From Lama guanicoe (Eukaryota): a DNA stretch of 64,000 nucleotides. A program made the position numbers and the translations under genes. This document shows, piece after piece, positions 12,911 through 26,474 of this stretch. The stretch is from assembly GCA_013239625.1 (NCBI GenBank), contig MU053594.1:2608127-2672126 (forward strand), written 5' to 3'. The first letter of the stretch is position 1. Every line of letters begins with the position of its first letter. The notes beneath the pieces were generated by a model that did not search any database, had not been told where the DNA came from, and saw nothing but the letters and a program-made list of their open reading frames with translations.

Positions 12911-14204
12911 ATGCCTATGCCTCTGACAAGACACACGTACCTTTCCCTTTCTCTCTCTCAATTTACTGCAAGGGATTTCATGGACAGAAATCTTACAATC
13001 ATAACTGTAACCATTTGACTAGACCTTATGAAATTGTTGATTGATTTCTGTGGTTTTGGATTTGTATGTTTGCCCTCTTTTGCAGGTGGGACAACTGAGG
13101 TCCAGAGAGAAAGGCTTCTGGACCTTGGTTTAGCCCCAGTTGCTCAGTCTCAGTGCTGTTTCTGTGTTGCTAAGCACTTGAAACTCCCTTTCCTGAGCAG
13201 TTCAGTCAATTTTTTTTTTTTAGCTCATGTGTGTTGGGCCTGAATCAGCTCCCTGAATACCTGTGTGATCAAACTGCTTCCTAATTTATTTTTACTTGGA
13301 GGTTTTTTAAAAGTGAATTGGTTTCTAGGCAGCTAAAACTTAAAAAAAAATTGTTTCCCACATATATTCACAGATTTCCCTTCCTCTAATTGGAATTAAA
13401 TTAGATATACAAAAATTTGATTTTTTTCCACTAATAAAACATGAATAGTGCAATTAAGATAAAGTAGTTAGATCCTCTGTTGTTTCAGCTAAGAATTCCT
13501 GATTGTCACTCTCCAGAATTAGGATGGTGGCAGTCAACAAAGCATCCATGCTGAATAGGCCAGCAGTGATAGTCCTGAAGCCTGCCTGGCATGCTGTGTG
13601 GATGGGTCCTCTGAGAAAATTCATTTACTGGGGACACATCTGGGAGCCAAGTAGCCTCATGTCACATTGTTGATACCACCCTGCACTCCCTCTCTCAGTC
13701 TTTGGAGAAGTTACTTGTTTCTTCCAAACTGTTACAGCCAGCGGGGACACTGCCATAAGCAATCACAAGATTTGGGGGCCATGAAATTCAGGGAAATATT
13801 ATTTGTTTTGAAAATTCACGTGATGAATTATAAACTACGCAAAACCTTTGTCCAACCCAACTTGGAGCACTCCCTGACTTGAGCCTTTTCTTCAGTGTTT
13901 CTTCCTTATTAGATCAATATTTTCTGAGATTCATCTCCATCCTCAGAGCTAGAACACTAAACATGACAAGTGCATTCCTGCAAAACCATATCTCTAAGAG
14001 ACTCTGCAATCTACGGTTCCAAATATATATGTAATTACCGAGTGGAACTTCTTAATTTGAATGATGGTGCTTACTAGCTGGATTGTTTAGCCTGCTTTTT
14101 TGAAATGTTGCCTTTTGAAAATCTACTTCATCTCAGCTTGTTGGTAAGAAGAAGCTAAAACTGTGTGGGCCTCACACGCAGACAGTCTGGAGGACTGTCC
14201 TGGA

Positions 14205-14400
14205 GAGAAGGCAAGAGTTCAATTTCTTATGTGCTGTAAACCAGCAGCCTAACCTTAAGCAAGAATTCAGTTTTCTGAGCTTCAATATACTACTCTGTAA
14301 AAAGAAAGTGGGGTAATGACAGAGACCCCAGACTCACAGTGGTCACCATGATATGAAATAAAAAAACAGAGGAAAGCAGTTTGTAAATTCATAATGCTAA
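14205..14400 (+). mobile_element. MIR SINE
   Basis: AACCTTAAGCAAG...TCTGAGCTTCAATATACTACTCTGTAAAAAG resembles the MIR core. Confidence 0.55.
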
Positions 14401-14959
14401 CTGATTGTTAAAATTTTGAAGAATGCTTCAGTCTGAGAAAGCTGAAAAGACTGGGTCTTCTCTTACCTCCAAATGATCTCCCTTCCTCGCTGCCACAACT
14501 TCCTGGCATCCATGACACCAAAGCCATGGGGTTAAGGTGAGTAAACCTGAGAATATTATGCAGATATATGATGTATGTTTCTAGAAGTGGAGACTCATTA
14601 AGGTCAAGTTACTCTTCTGGATATATTTGTCCCATTGCTTAATGACAATGTTGATCATGTAACAGATTGTTACAATGGCCTTTTTCTGGCTTCAAAGGCC
14701 CAGAACAAAAGGCCAGCTACCCCAGACTCCAAAACAATGTTTAGACCACCTATGCAAGACTTTCACAGAGAGTGGCACAAAGCTCATTTGGGTGCCCTTA
14801 GCCCAACCTCTTTTAGATGGCTCAAGTTAGAGGCCAAGACAATAGAAGATGTCTGTGTGGAGAGATGTCAGAGAGCTGTGTGTTTTACCTCCTTGTCCCT
14901 AACCTACCTCTCAGAGTTGAGAAGGGTAGTGACTCTGCTCGGTCTCTTCTTAATCCAGA

Positions 14960-15760
14960 GACAGATTGTCCCGAAGAAAGAGCTCAATTACCTTGAAATA
15001 GCCCTGTTAGAGTTGGGGAGCCTAAAAACTAGGGTGAAACTGTGGCAAGATCAGACTGAGGCAGCTAACTTGAGAGGAAGGGCTGCACCAAGAGATCTCC
15101 CACTCTCGGTAGAGTGAGGGTGAGTGCATGCTTCTCAACGACCAGGTTTGACTCATATCAGGGAGGGTAGACCCTGAGCCCTGTGAGTCTCATCCAAGAG
15201 GTCAGCCATGTAACTCCAGTAGGGGTGAGCCATTACTGGACCACCTGAAGCCCAGGAAGGAAGAATTATAATGTCTGGCTGAGAAGAGTCAGTTACTGAC
15301 CTGCTGGGAGCCTCAGGTTCCTTGTCATGATAGTTGCATCCCAAGGACCCCATTTGGATTGTCTCTGAGAAAGCCACATATCACCCTAAGGGAAGAGTTG
15401 TTAGCAGGGCGTCTGCCATGCCCCAGGGCACCATCTTCGGGTTAGGTCTGTGCAGGCAAGAGGTTTCCTGCCCCTTATCTCTCCACCTGCCGCCCTTCCA
15501 TCCAACCCCCAACTCTGCAGGCTCAGAGGCAACCTGGGAGGAAGGCAGAGATAGAGGGCAGGCAAGATGAGAAAGGAGAGAAAAAGCAGCCATTCCCTGC
15601 TCCTCTGGGGACGTCCTGGCTGAAGCAGGCTGGAGCTAGAGAAGGGGGATCATCTAAAGCTGGGTAAGAATATGGGGCTATATGACTATGACTCAGGAAT
15701 GGATATTTAAATTGTTAAAATGACTCTTCTTGTGGATGAAAAGTGACTTGAAGACATTCC
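14960..15760. mobile_element. Possible ancient LTR-derived sequence (family not identified)
   Basis: GC-richer block that loosely resembles old mammalian LTRs; no terminal signatures confirmed. Confidence 0.2.
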
Positions 15761-16069
15761 CTGAGAATGGTGAGAAAAGCTGTGTGATTTGTTTGTTTTT
15801 CTCCCTCTGTGGAATGTTTTTTCTTAGAATCACTTTTAATGTTTCTGGTTTAATTGTACTAGCAGAGAAAATGTTCTGAATACTATTGATTCTTCAGAAA
15901 AAGATCAGTAATCTCCTTTGTGAGGCTTTATTTATAAGTCTGTGTTCCCTTCAAATGATCTATATGAGCAGCTTTGGATTGTGCGCCTGGAATGGTACTT
16001 CCTGGTCCTACTCAAGAGTAGAGTATTATAGAATCATAGAATCAGTATTGAAAAATCACAAAGGGATAA

Positions 16070-17020
16070 GTTTTTCAAGAAGACATAACAATCTTTAATG
16101 TGTACACCTAACAGGATATCAACACGCTTGAGATAAAAACTGATGGAACTGGAAAGAAAAATAGACAAATATATAGTTGAAGACATCAACACCCCTCTAT
16201 CAGTAAATGACATATACAGAAGTCATAAAATCAATAAGGATATAATTGAAATGAATAGCACCATCAATCAACTGGATCTAATTGGCATTTATAGATTAGT
16301 TCATTCAACAACAGTAGAAAACACATTCTTTTTAAGTTCACCTGAAACATTCACCAAGACAGACCAAAATCTGAGCCACAAGAACACACCTTAACAAATT
16401 TAAAAGAATGAAAACCACAAAGTATGCTTTCAGATCACAGTAAAATTAAACTATACATCAATAACCAAAAGATAGCTGGCAAACTCCAAAATACTAGAGA
16501 TTAGACAACACACATCTAAATAATACATGAATCAAAGAAAGAAATCTTGGACAAGTTAGAAAATACATAGAACTAAATGAAAATGCAACTTTTCAAAGTT
16601 TGTAGGATTCAGGAAAAGCAGTATGTAGAGGGAAATGGGTAGCACTGAATATGTATGTCAGAAAATAAGAAAGATCTCAAAACAATAACTAATTTTTCAT
16701 TTTAGGAAACAAGGAAAAGGACAAATTAAATCGAAAGTAGGCAGAAGAAGAGAAATAATAAAAATCAGAGCAGAAACTAACAAAATGAGAACATAAGTCA
16801 ATAAACCGAACACTATTTCTTTGAAAACATAATAAAATTGATAAGTTTCTAGCTGAGTTAAAGAAGAAAGGAGGAGAGAAGCACTAAATACTAATTAGAC
16901 ACAAAATAAGGATCATCAATATTGAGCCCATGGACATTAAAATGATAGTAAGGGGACAAAAAGTAACTTTTTGCCCACAAATTTGGTAACTGAGATGAAA
17001 GTCACCAATTACTTGAAAGA
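16070..17020 (+). mobile_element. Old L1 ORF2 endonuclease/linker fragment (decayed)
   Basis: ORF 16143-16394 (EDINTPLS...NSTINQLDLIGIYRLVH...TFFLSSPETFTKTDQNLSHK) is homologous to the L1 APE endonuclease domain; stops and frameshifts follow. Confidence 0.9.
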
Positions 17021-17254
17021 ATCTCTGTGTTTTAATGGTTGTGTTTATTCATTCATAGTTACTATAATTATTTATATAGTTTCATTATTTCTGCTCTCTT
17101 ACATTTGTGTTTTCTATTTATCAAAATGCTTCTTTTTTCCTTCTTCATCTTCTATTGAGGTGATCTAATTTTTTTTCTTTAAAGTCCACTTCTTCCCCAA
17201 CTTGGAGGCTACACATTTCATTTCTAGTGTTTAAATGGTTTACCCTTAAAGAGA

Positions 17255-17400
17255 CTAGCAGAGACAGCTAGTTATCCTTTATTATCCACTTCCCACTTCT
17301 TTTTTAGTAATAGAAAGGCTGAGTTCAGTTGAGATGTGGCTGCCTTGAATCCACACTTCTCAGCTTCCCGTGCAGCTACGTGTGGCTACAAGTGACCATA
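17255..17400 (+). mobile_element. MLT1H/I/J-type MaLR LTR 5' fragment
   Basis: GCAGAGACAGCTAGTTATCC...TAGTAATAGAA...CAGCTTCCCGTGCAGCTACGTGTGGC matches the MLT1 5' half. Confidence 0.65.
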
Positions 17401-17870
17401 GGATTTAGTATCCTGGAGGTCATGATGACCAAAACAATAGCGTCTTGGGTGGAGTGGTGGAGGTAGAAGCCTGATTTGCCTGAGCTCCAGAGAAGGTGAG
17501 AGATGAACAATTAGAACAGAAATTAGAATTTGAGGAAATTTTAAAAAATAATTTATTGAGGTGAAATTTGTATAAAATTAACTATTTTAGAGTGAGCAAT
17601 TCAATGGCACTTGGTACATTCACAATACTGTGCAAACACCACTTCTAGCTCGTTCAAAAATATTTGCATCCCCTCAGAATAAAACCCCACACCCATTAAG
17701 CAATTTATCCTTATTTCCCACTCCCCCTGGTCCCCGGAGCAAACACCAATCTACTTCTGTCTCTAAAGATTTACGTCTTCTGGATATTTCACATAAATGG
17801 AATTGAGTAGTCTGTTTGCCTGTTTGTTTGTAAAGGGAACACAGAAATGAGGCAACAGCAGAGATGGATA
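17400..17870 (-). mobile_element. L2 fragment interrupted by L1
   Basis: GGATTTAG...GGAGGTCATGATGACC...GTGGAGTGGTGGAGGTAGAAGCCTGATT, resuming as TGTAAAGGGAACACAGAAATGAGGC after the L1. Confidence 0.6.
17538..17810 (-). mobile_element. L1MB-type 3' end
   Basis: TTTATTGAGGTGAAATT...GTACATTCACAATACTGTGCAAACACCAC...CCAATCTACTTCTGTCTCTAAAGATTTAC...GGATATTTCACATAAATGGAAT. Confidence 0.85.
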
Positions 17871-18369
17871 TGGGACCACATGGCTAAAAGTTAAGCCTCA
17901 TAGTCTTTCCATTCTCTGGTTTGGAGTTGAAATCTCGGCTCTTCCCACAGTGATTTGCAGGAATCTCTCTCCCGTGGCCACTTAAAGTGTCATCTTGGCA
18001 GCATTCTATATAAACAGTCCCAGCCCTCTTCTAGAGGCTGCCTCCAAGGGGGATGGGGTGGACGAGAGGGAAGGCTCTCTGCTCTTTCTGGTTCCCAGCG
18101 GTCCTCATTTAGACAGTCATTGAGAATATCCTTGCAATGCCTTTAAGGCTCTTTTAACTGCCCTTAATAGTCCAGAAATGAATGACAGACCAATAAAGAT
18201 TTGAAAGCTTCAAAACCTTAACCTGCTCCTATCTCAGCGACACAGTGGGAGAGCTATCAGGGTGAGCTCATGGGTGGTGCTGGGCATCCTCACCTGGAGG
18301 ACCTGAGATCTTCCAAGGCCATGCCTGGATTTGGTTCTTCACTGGCAAGCAGTGTTCATGTATTAATTC

Positions 18370-18560
18370 CAGCCACAATTTATTGGACACATTTCCCAGC
18401 TCGTGTTATGCTGTGTGTCCTTTATGCTCCTTCTCATATGTCTTCACGACCACTTCGCGAGGGAGGTGCTAGTGTCCCCATTTTACAGATGAGCAGGTGT
18501 TTCACAGCAGCAGAGTAACCAGCTCGAGATGATGTGGGGATAGACAGAGCTGTAAAGCCT
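18370..18560 (-). mobile_element. MIR SINE
   Basis: ATTTATTGGACACATTTCCCAGC...GTCCCCATTTTACAGATGAG, the MIR core. Confidence 0.65.
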
Positions 18561-19349
18561 GGTTTAGCCACTACCCTCAGTTGCCAGGGTTTTAGCTGAA
18601 CTTCGAAAGCATCTAAGAGTTGATGGTCCCAGAAGAGCTCGGCAAGAGAACATTGAAAATCCATTTTGAAGAATCCACTTGAATTTTGTCTTCTTCTACG
18701 CAGATCAACTTGCCTGATTCAGTGCTTCCTTGTATTTTATGCGTTTTGCTTTGCAGTTGGAATTGGTTGGATGTTACCTTTGGCACTGAGCCAATGCTTT
18801 TTCATTCTTCTCACATTTGCATCCAGCCGTCTGAGGATTGCCTTCTGTCCCTGTTCACTCCCAACATCTCATTCGGCTGTCATGGCCCATCCATTGCGAT
18901 CGACTTACTCCTTCCTCACTTGACATTTCATCAGCCTCATTTCTCACTTCCTACCCTTGGGATGAATGTTCAAGTGCAGCTTTTCACACCCTCACTCACA
19001 CATGCTCTCTCTCCCACTACTTCTTAAGGCTGGTGAGCACAGCTCGGGTGTCATTGTGGGCCCTGCAGCTGAGGCTGCGTCTGCAGCCCATGGTGCATCT
19101 GGCCACAGGACTGTGTCTTCCTAAGGGACATGTCCAAGAAGGCTAGGCAGATGGTGGACATGCTTACCTTTTATGGGCATTGGAGGCAAACCCAGGAATT
19201 CCAAGCAGTGTTTAGTTTGTGGTATTGGTGGTGAAGGAGGTTTTGTCCTGTTTTGGCAAACTGCAAGGCAGGGACAAAACAAGACAGGAGACTCTCAACC
19301 ACAAAGAAGTGTGTCACAAAGTACAGAGGAAGAGCAACAGGAGATTTAA

Positions 19350-19480
19350 AAACTTGTGTCTATAACGTATGCAATTATACAAGATATCATAGCGGGGAGC
19401 TGGGAGAAGGGTATATGGGAATTCTCTGCACTATTTCTGCAACTTTTTGTGAGCCAAAGTATTCCAATATAGAAGATAAT
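19350..19480 (+). mobile_element. L1MC/ME 3' terminal fragment
   Basis: GGGGAGCTGGGAGAAGGGTATATGGGAATTCTCTGCACTATTTCTGCAACTTTTTGTGAG. Confidence 0.7.
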
Positions 19481-19675
19481 AATGATAATTTAAACACTTT
19501 AAAAGCCTGTGTTTACTTTTGCATCTGTCTCCATATCCATGTCCACATCTATACCAAATTTACTACTGATTTACAGTTGATAATTGGGGGAAGCCAGCCT
19601 GGTTATGCTACTAAGTCCTCTGTGGCTTTGAATTACTCACATGTCACACTCTCTATTTAAAAATATATACATATA

Positions 19676-20642
19676 CATTTTTAAAATAGCTTTTTGATAT
19701 ATAATTCACATGCCATACAATTCACTCATTTTAAGCCTACAACTCAGTGGCTTGTGGCATATTTGCAAAAATTGTATAACCATCACCCCAAAAAGATATC
19801 CTGACTCAGTCATAGTCACTGCCTTTTCTTCCCCACACACCTTCCCCAAGCCCTAGACACCTACTGATCTTTCTGTCTATGGATTTGCCTAGTTTAGATA
19901 TTTCATATCTAAATACAATACGTGATCTGTTGTGAGGGGCTTCTATCACTTAGAATACTGTTTTCAGGGTTCTTCCATGTTGTATCAGTACTTCATTCCT
20001 TTTCATTGCTGAGTAATATTCCACCATGTGGCTGTATCTCATTTTATTTATCCATTCGTTAAATGATGGGCATTTGGGTTGTTTCCACTTTTCAGCTATT
20101 ATGAAAAATGCTTCTGTGAATATTCATACACGTGTTTTTGGGTGGCATAAGTTCTCATTCCTCTTGAGAAAATACCCAGGTGCAAAATTGCTGGATCATA
20201 TGGTAACCCTGTGTTTAACATTTTGAAGATCTGCCAAATAGTCTCGAAAGTTGCTGCACCACATGCCATTCCCACCAGCAGTATAAGAGAGCTCCAATTT
20301 CCCCACATCCTCATGAAGCTTGCTACTGTCTTTTTTATTATAGCCATCCTAGTGGGGATGAAGTGGTATCTCACTGTGGTTATTATTTGATTTTCCCTGA
20401 TCACTAATGACATTGAGCATCTTTTCACATGCTTATTGGCCATTTGGCTGTCGTCATTGGAATCATATCTATTTGCATGTTTTGTCTATTTTTAAATTGG
20501 GTTAGTTATCTTTTTATCTGTGAGTTGTAAGAGTCCTTGATATGATCTGGACAGAAGTCCTTTATCAGATACATGATTTACAGATATTTTCTCTCATTCT
20601 GTGGGCTGTCTTCTCACTCTCTTGGTGTTATCATTTGCAGAC
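19676..20642 (-). mobile_element. L1MB-type element (ORF2 C-terminus plus 3' UTR)
   Basis: ORF 20099-20443 MANKHVKRCSMSLVIRENQIITTVRYHFIPTRMAIIKK...LPYDPAILHLGIF is L1 ORF2p C-terminus; 3' UTR and T-rich end lie on the left. Confidence 0.9.
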
Positions 20643-21604
20643 ACATCTGAAGTCTCAAAATCCTCATGGGTATATATGGCAAAATACACTGATGGAGACT
20701 CAACCCTGAGGTTTTTTTTTTAATGTATTATGGGTAGAAGATGAAAGCTGTCAGAAGTTGTCTGTCTTGCTGAAGAATAGACTCAATACTTCTTGGATAA
20801 GACTTTTGGTGGCTTTTTTTTTTTTTTGCCCTAACAGCATCAATTAAATAGGCCCTTTAGCTACATGTTATAAACCAAGTCCTGACTCACTGCACTGACT
20901 TGACAGTTTTCTTAATGCTGAGGCTTTAAACAGAGAATTCTTTTAGTTAATGTAAACTCCTGTGTATGTTTTAGTCAAAGCAATGTCTTTGCAGCTTTGC
21001 TTTTGTTTATTTGGTAGTGGCGAGGGTGGGGAAAAATGTTTCTTGGCACTGTTTGCACTGTGCCTGTCCTGTGGCTCTTTCTGACAGAGATGGATGGTGT
21101 TTGTGTATTTGTCTTAGTGTTGAGCATGGGAGACACACACAGAGAAAAGAAACCACAGGGCTGTTTTCACAGGAGTCTTTCTGCTATTCTGGGTGCACCC
21201 TGCATGGCTTTGGGCTCCAGGTGCCAAAGTGTGGCACTGAATTGGACAGAGAAGGATTCTCCCTTCTCTGTGGCCTGGGGAATGGTGGCATTGATGGCAC
21301 TGGGGTGGCACATTGGAACAGACATTGGTATTTACACAAAGGCCCCGTCGGTATTAGTCAGAGTGACGTTTCTTCAACACGTTGAGATCAGCAGTCCAAG
21401 AGGAGGCAGAGCAGGAGAGAAGGGGAACATGCAGACCTGCTGACTGCAGATACAAAGTTGCGTTCCATCCCAGGAACAACTGGGCTTCACTGGAAGGGGG
21501 AGGAGTGTGAAGTTTAACAGTCAAGTTGAACCATTGTGATCTGTGCCTTCCGTGCTCACATGCCTGCAGCTGTAACCACAGGTCACCTTTATAACAAAGG
21601 AGTG

Positions 21605-21840
21605 GGGTCAGGAGTCACTGACGGGTAGCCTGGGGCCAAATATGATCACTCTGTGGACATAGCTGGTTTGAGCCACACAACTTTGAATTAGATCTGAACT
21701 GAAATGCTTATGAGGCACATACATTCTCTCTTTATTTTGCCACAGACCCTACCACTCCCTGTTGTTTCATACCACCTGACTCATGTATTCATGTTACCCA
21801 TCTAACCTCTGTGGATATTTACATCACTGAACCCTTGATT
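21605..21840 (+). mobile_element. hAT-Charlie MITE (MER102/Charlie4z-like)
   Basis: TTTGAATTAG...TTTGCCACAGACCCTACCACTCCCTGTTGT...TCATGTTACC resembles MER102 motifs. Confidence 0.6.
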
Positions 21841-22499
21841 AGAGTCTCTGAAGTGACTTTCTATTTCTGACATTCTGTGATTCAGAGTGATCTTGCTAAG
21901 AGGGCTTTGAATACCCCTGCCCAGCTTGTGGACCTACAGGCTCAACCAGTGGTCCCCTGAACTGAAGTGGAAATACTCCCTGTGGTAATGATCAGCCGTG
22001 ATCATTGTGGGTAACTGCTGTTTTACTACCTTTTCCTGCCATTTTAATAATGAACTGATGGATCAAGAGGTGATACACTTCCCAGAAAAAGCCAGGAACC
22101 TTATCCTTCTGTAGACTGGTACACCAAGCAAGGATCAGACTGTTCCCTAACATCCCACACTGCTTCCAAGGCCAGTTTTTAACTTACACCATCATTTTTA
22201 ATCCATATCAGTTTCTCTCTTTCAGAAGTTTCTCTTTGCCAGCTTCATCTCTGACAAATGTGTCCTTGGTGATTGATTGTATTTCAAATATCAGTGAGCA
22301 GGTGGCAAAGACATCTTTTGGGTCAAAGATGTTTTCCAAGTCTCTTAGAATTTCACCCCACAGGAACTGTCTATTCTATTTATCAGAAGGTCAACCCTGA
22401 GAATTAAGGGGAAATCATTTAGTGAGAAAAAAATTTCTTCTAGCATTTTCATTTCTAGCAATCTAATGACAATATTATCAAATTACAAGTGAGTGGTGT

Positions 22500-22660
22500 T
22501 CTATACATTTTGAAACTATTTCATTCAAACATCTCTTATGACTCTAACTCCTAAGAGATAGTAGGGCAGACAGATTTTACACAGAAGGAAGCTGAAACCC
22601 AGAGAAGTTAAGAACCTGTTGAAAGACACAGAGTAATTGAATGATTGAAATGTAAAACGA
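22500..22660 (-). mobile_element. MIR SINE
   Basis: GATTTTACACAGAAGGAAGCTGAAACCCAGAGAAGTTAAG. Confidence 0.65.
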
Positions 22661-25290
22661 CATGAGTCCTCACACATAATACATTTGAATAATTTTTTTG
22701 AAAAGTGAATTTACCCTACACTCTTTCTCATAAACAATATTTATATAAGATTCTTAATTCCTAGTTTTGTGCTTTCCCCCCTTCTGTTTGTCCTCTTGAT
22801 TTGTATGTCTCCAACTGGGGCAGCAATTGTGATCAGGAGAAAGCTGAATGGAGGATACACAAGACAGTCCACGTGCAATCTTATGGAAAAATTACTAAAG
22901 GGTTGTCCTCAGAGGAAAGTGTGGTGGTGTTGAGAACCACTGGCACATTAAAAAGCATAATAAAATCAGTGTAGTGCAGAAAGAGAAGACAGTCTACCGT
23001 GAACTTGATCTAATAGAATCAAATCAAATAATATCCATAGTCACACAAATAGGATATAAAATCTGCAATCTCTGATCAAGACATTCCAGTGCAGATAAAG
23101 CCTGGCCCAAGGGGCTGGTCATGGTTTGCATTAGCAACACTACACTCCGCGGGAAAGAACGTATTTTAGGAGCGCATTGTCTGAAAGCATGTGAAGTTCA
23201 AAGCCAAGAGTAAGAAAAACAATTAGAAACAGACAGCTTGACCAGAGAAAAGTGAAGATGGTTTCCATAAGCAACAGGGCTCCCCCAAAGAAAGAAATAC
23301 AGCTTTTGGGAAATCTTCAGGGGAAACCAGTTTTCCTAGGAAAGAGAGAATGCAGTATTTGCATAAGCGTTGTAGGTAAGCATCTTGGAAGAATCCCAGA
23401 ACTCTTAAGGTTTTGTACATCACACAAGGGTTTGTCCCTCCTGAAAATATCTACCTAAGAGAACAGGCAGGAGGAAGTAGCTCTGGATACTTGAGCTTGT
23501 GGTGCTGTCAGGAAGCTCAGTTATTAAGTTTAAATAAGCCCCTAAGCAACACTGAGAACTTTGATTTTGTGTAAATATTGACTGTTTGCAATCATGAGAG
23601 AGTGAATTCTAAGAAATTGTGCAATAATAAATTGTCAGTCACTGGCAGTCACTAAGAGCTGTGATTATGGGATAAAGCTCTCAATCACAAGAAACAAATG
23701 GCTGGAAGAAAAAACAGGATTCTCATTAGTCCCTTTTCTAATTTATTTTCTTCTGCAGCAGCTCATCAGCTGGAAATCACTGAGTTAGACCATATGCATA
23801 CAAGGGGTGTTAACAGGGCGTTTCTTTTTCTGGACCCATGTTTTGATTTTTTGGTCATTCGTTCAAATCTAGGTTTTCTCCTGTACTTTTTGCACTTCAT
23901 TAAGATATGCTGGGAGGACCGGCAGGATGGGCCTGACCAAGGTCTGTTTACATGGGAGGCAGAACTCGCTCTAAGGAAAACGAGAACCAAGCAGCAAGGG
24001 CTTCGCTCAGGACACGCTTGGCAAGTCAGAGAGGGAAGAGCAGTTCTAAATTCAAGTTTTGTAACTCAGTTGTCCCTGGACCCAACAGTTATGGGTTTAT
24101 ATCTAAGGCCTAGGCTTAGGGAGCTGCAATCAAAAGTCAATAACAACTAAAAAAAGTTGGTTTACTAAACTCTCCATGGGCTACTGAGAGCCCAGGGTGT
24201 CAGCAGATCAGTGCCAGCAGAAATAGGAGTCAGCACCCTCATTGCTGACATTAGTGTCCCTGATGTGGTGTGAGTGTGTTGTGGGGAGGGGACAGTTAGC
24301 CGACACAGTGGGGAGGTTGATGAGAATCAGATCTCTCTTCTGGCATCAGAAACAGCATCTTACATGGTCAGGGATGGAGCATCAGGGCCTCTGGCACAGA
24401 GACCAGCCCTGCAGAGCTGGTGGCCAAGGCAGAGGCCCTGACAGGGATGACATAACCATCAGCATAGCCGCCCCTTTGTCACTGACAGCGATGGAAGTCA
24501 TCACCACTGTGGTCCGGGGCAGAAAGGAAACATGGGAAAGGGCGGGGGTGTGCACATACCAGCCAGAACACCAGCTTGTGCCTTTATGGAGCTGTGTGGA
24601 AAGAATCTCAAGGGCTCTGCTTTCTTAAAGATTGAGAGTGAACATACCCTAAGACAGCCTGTTGCTGTGGGTTGAGGGAACACAGACGATGCATCAGAGG
24701 AGGGGAGAGCCTGTACCTCCTGAGTTCTGTGCCTCATTTTAGGGGCAAGATTAATGAACGGGTGCCTCTCCTTGATTAAATCCTGCCCCTAAAATGGTTT
24801 GACTTTGTTTGCAGGCATTCGTTTTTCAAATCGTTTGGCAAGAAGAAGGGCCTGGGAGCTCTCTTGGATTCAGGTGGTGAACAATTCCTCCCTTCTGCTG
24901 ACTGGAGGAGCTTACTGAGAGCAGAGGTCCCAGCTTAGTCATCTTTCTAGTCTTGGGCCCTGGCACCACCCCAGGCATGTTGCTGGCACTTAATGAGTCC
25001 TGTTAAGCTGAAAGTTGCTTCTAAGGTTATATGCTTGGAGATGGTTTCACCAAATTGTGTTTGCATATTTCTTGTGTTTTCTCCTTTTTCTGTGTCAGTT
25101 TAAAAACAATTTGTGTTCAGTCTCAATGTGTATTTTTCTCATTATAACATGAACAGATGAACATTTTGATCCCCAAGGCTTCTCTGGTTTTTAGAAAGTT
25201 TAGGCTGAGGAAGATCAGGTTCCTAAGTATATAGGTATTCCAGATTGGTAGAACCTCACTGCATAAACTGGGCCACTGAATGAAGCAAAC

Positions 25291-26474
25291 ATTTCTTTTT
25301 TTTGTTTTTGAAGTGTACTTGACATACAATATTATATTAGCTTCAGGTGAACAACATAGTGATTCAACATATATATACATTATGAACTGACCATCATGAT
25401 AAGTCTAGTAACCAACTGTCCCAATACAATGTTACTGCAGTATAATTGACTGTATTCCCCTCTGCTGTACATTGCATCCCCATGACTTATTTATTTTATA
25501 ATTGGAAGTTTGTGTCTTAATCTCTTTTACATATTTTGCCCTCTCCTCCACTCCCTTGCTTTTGGCAACCATTAGTTTGTTCTCTGTGTCTATGAGTCTC
25601 TTTCTGTTTTGTTTGTTTTTCATTTTGTTTTTTAGCTTCCACATATAAGTGAAATCATACAGTAATTGTCTTTGTCTCACTTATTTCACTAATACCCTCT
25701 AGGTCCATCCATGTTGTCATAAACTGCAAGATTTTATTATTTTTTATGGCCAAGTAATACTCCATTGCATATATGTACCACATCTTTACCTATTCATCTG
25801 TTGGTGGGCAATTAGGTTGCTTTCATATACTGTCTATTGAAAATAATGCTATAATGAACATAGACGTGCATATATCTTTTTAATTTAGTGTTTTTATTTT
25901 CTTTGGATAAATACCCAGAAAAAGAATCACTGAATTGTTGGTAGGTCTATTTTTAATTTTTTGAGAAACCTCCATACTGTGTTCCATAGTGGTTACACCA
26001 ATTTACATTCCTACCAACATCACCATCAGTGCCCTTTTCTTCACATCTTCACCTTCACAGTAAGTATCTTTTTGACAATAGCCATTCTGACGGGTGTGGG
26101 TTGATACCTCACTGTGGTTTTGGTTTACATTTCCCTGACGATTACCGACATCGAGCATCTTTTCATTTGAGCAGCATTGTGGTATAACCTTCCTGGTCAC
26201 CAGAGTCAGGTTCTTGAGAGGTGTCACCTGTGTGGGCTGCATGTGCCCTCCTGCTGTGGTTTAGCCATGATTGCTGCAGGTGCACTGGCTGGTGGGGTTG
26301 GTCCCCGGGCTGGGGGGCTATGAGGCCAGGCTGCAAGTTCTGTGGATGCCCTGGTGGGTGGGGCTGGCCCCTGGCTCTGCTGGCTGGGAGATCCAGCTTC
26401 TGATGTGCGGGGCTGGTCCCCTCAGAACAGGAGCTGCTTTGAAGGGGCACTGGTGCTGGCCAAAGTCACCTGCC
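25291..26474 (-). mobile_element. L1 with 5' UTR segment fused to ORF2 end/3' UTR
   Basis: 25291-26166 is the L1 3' end and ORF2 C-terminus. 26167-26474 is GC-rich and its reverse complement (CCACAGCAGGAGGGCACATGCAGCCCACACAGGTGACACC...CTCTGGTGACCAGGAAG) resembles laurasiatherian L1 5' UTR. Candidate TSD CAAACATTTCTTT / CAAACTTTTTTTT. Confidence 0.8.

Noticed and set aside
14635..15117. Longest ORF in the track (160 aa)
   Set aside because: TTG start, no recognisable domain, no exon structure; length is compatible with chance.
22079..22087. Isolated GAS motif TTCCCAGAA (also TTCCTGGAA at 7606-7614)
   Set aside because: Single 9-mers without supporting context are expected by chance in 64 kb.
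23698..24150. 150-aa ORF
   Set aside because: No recognisable homology or splice context; likely a chance ORF.
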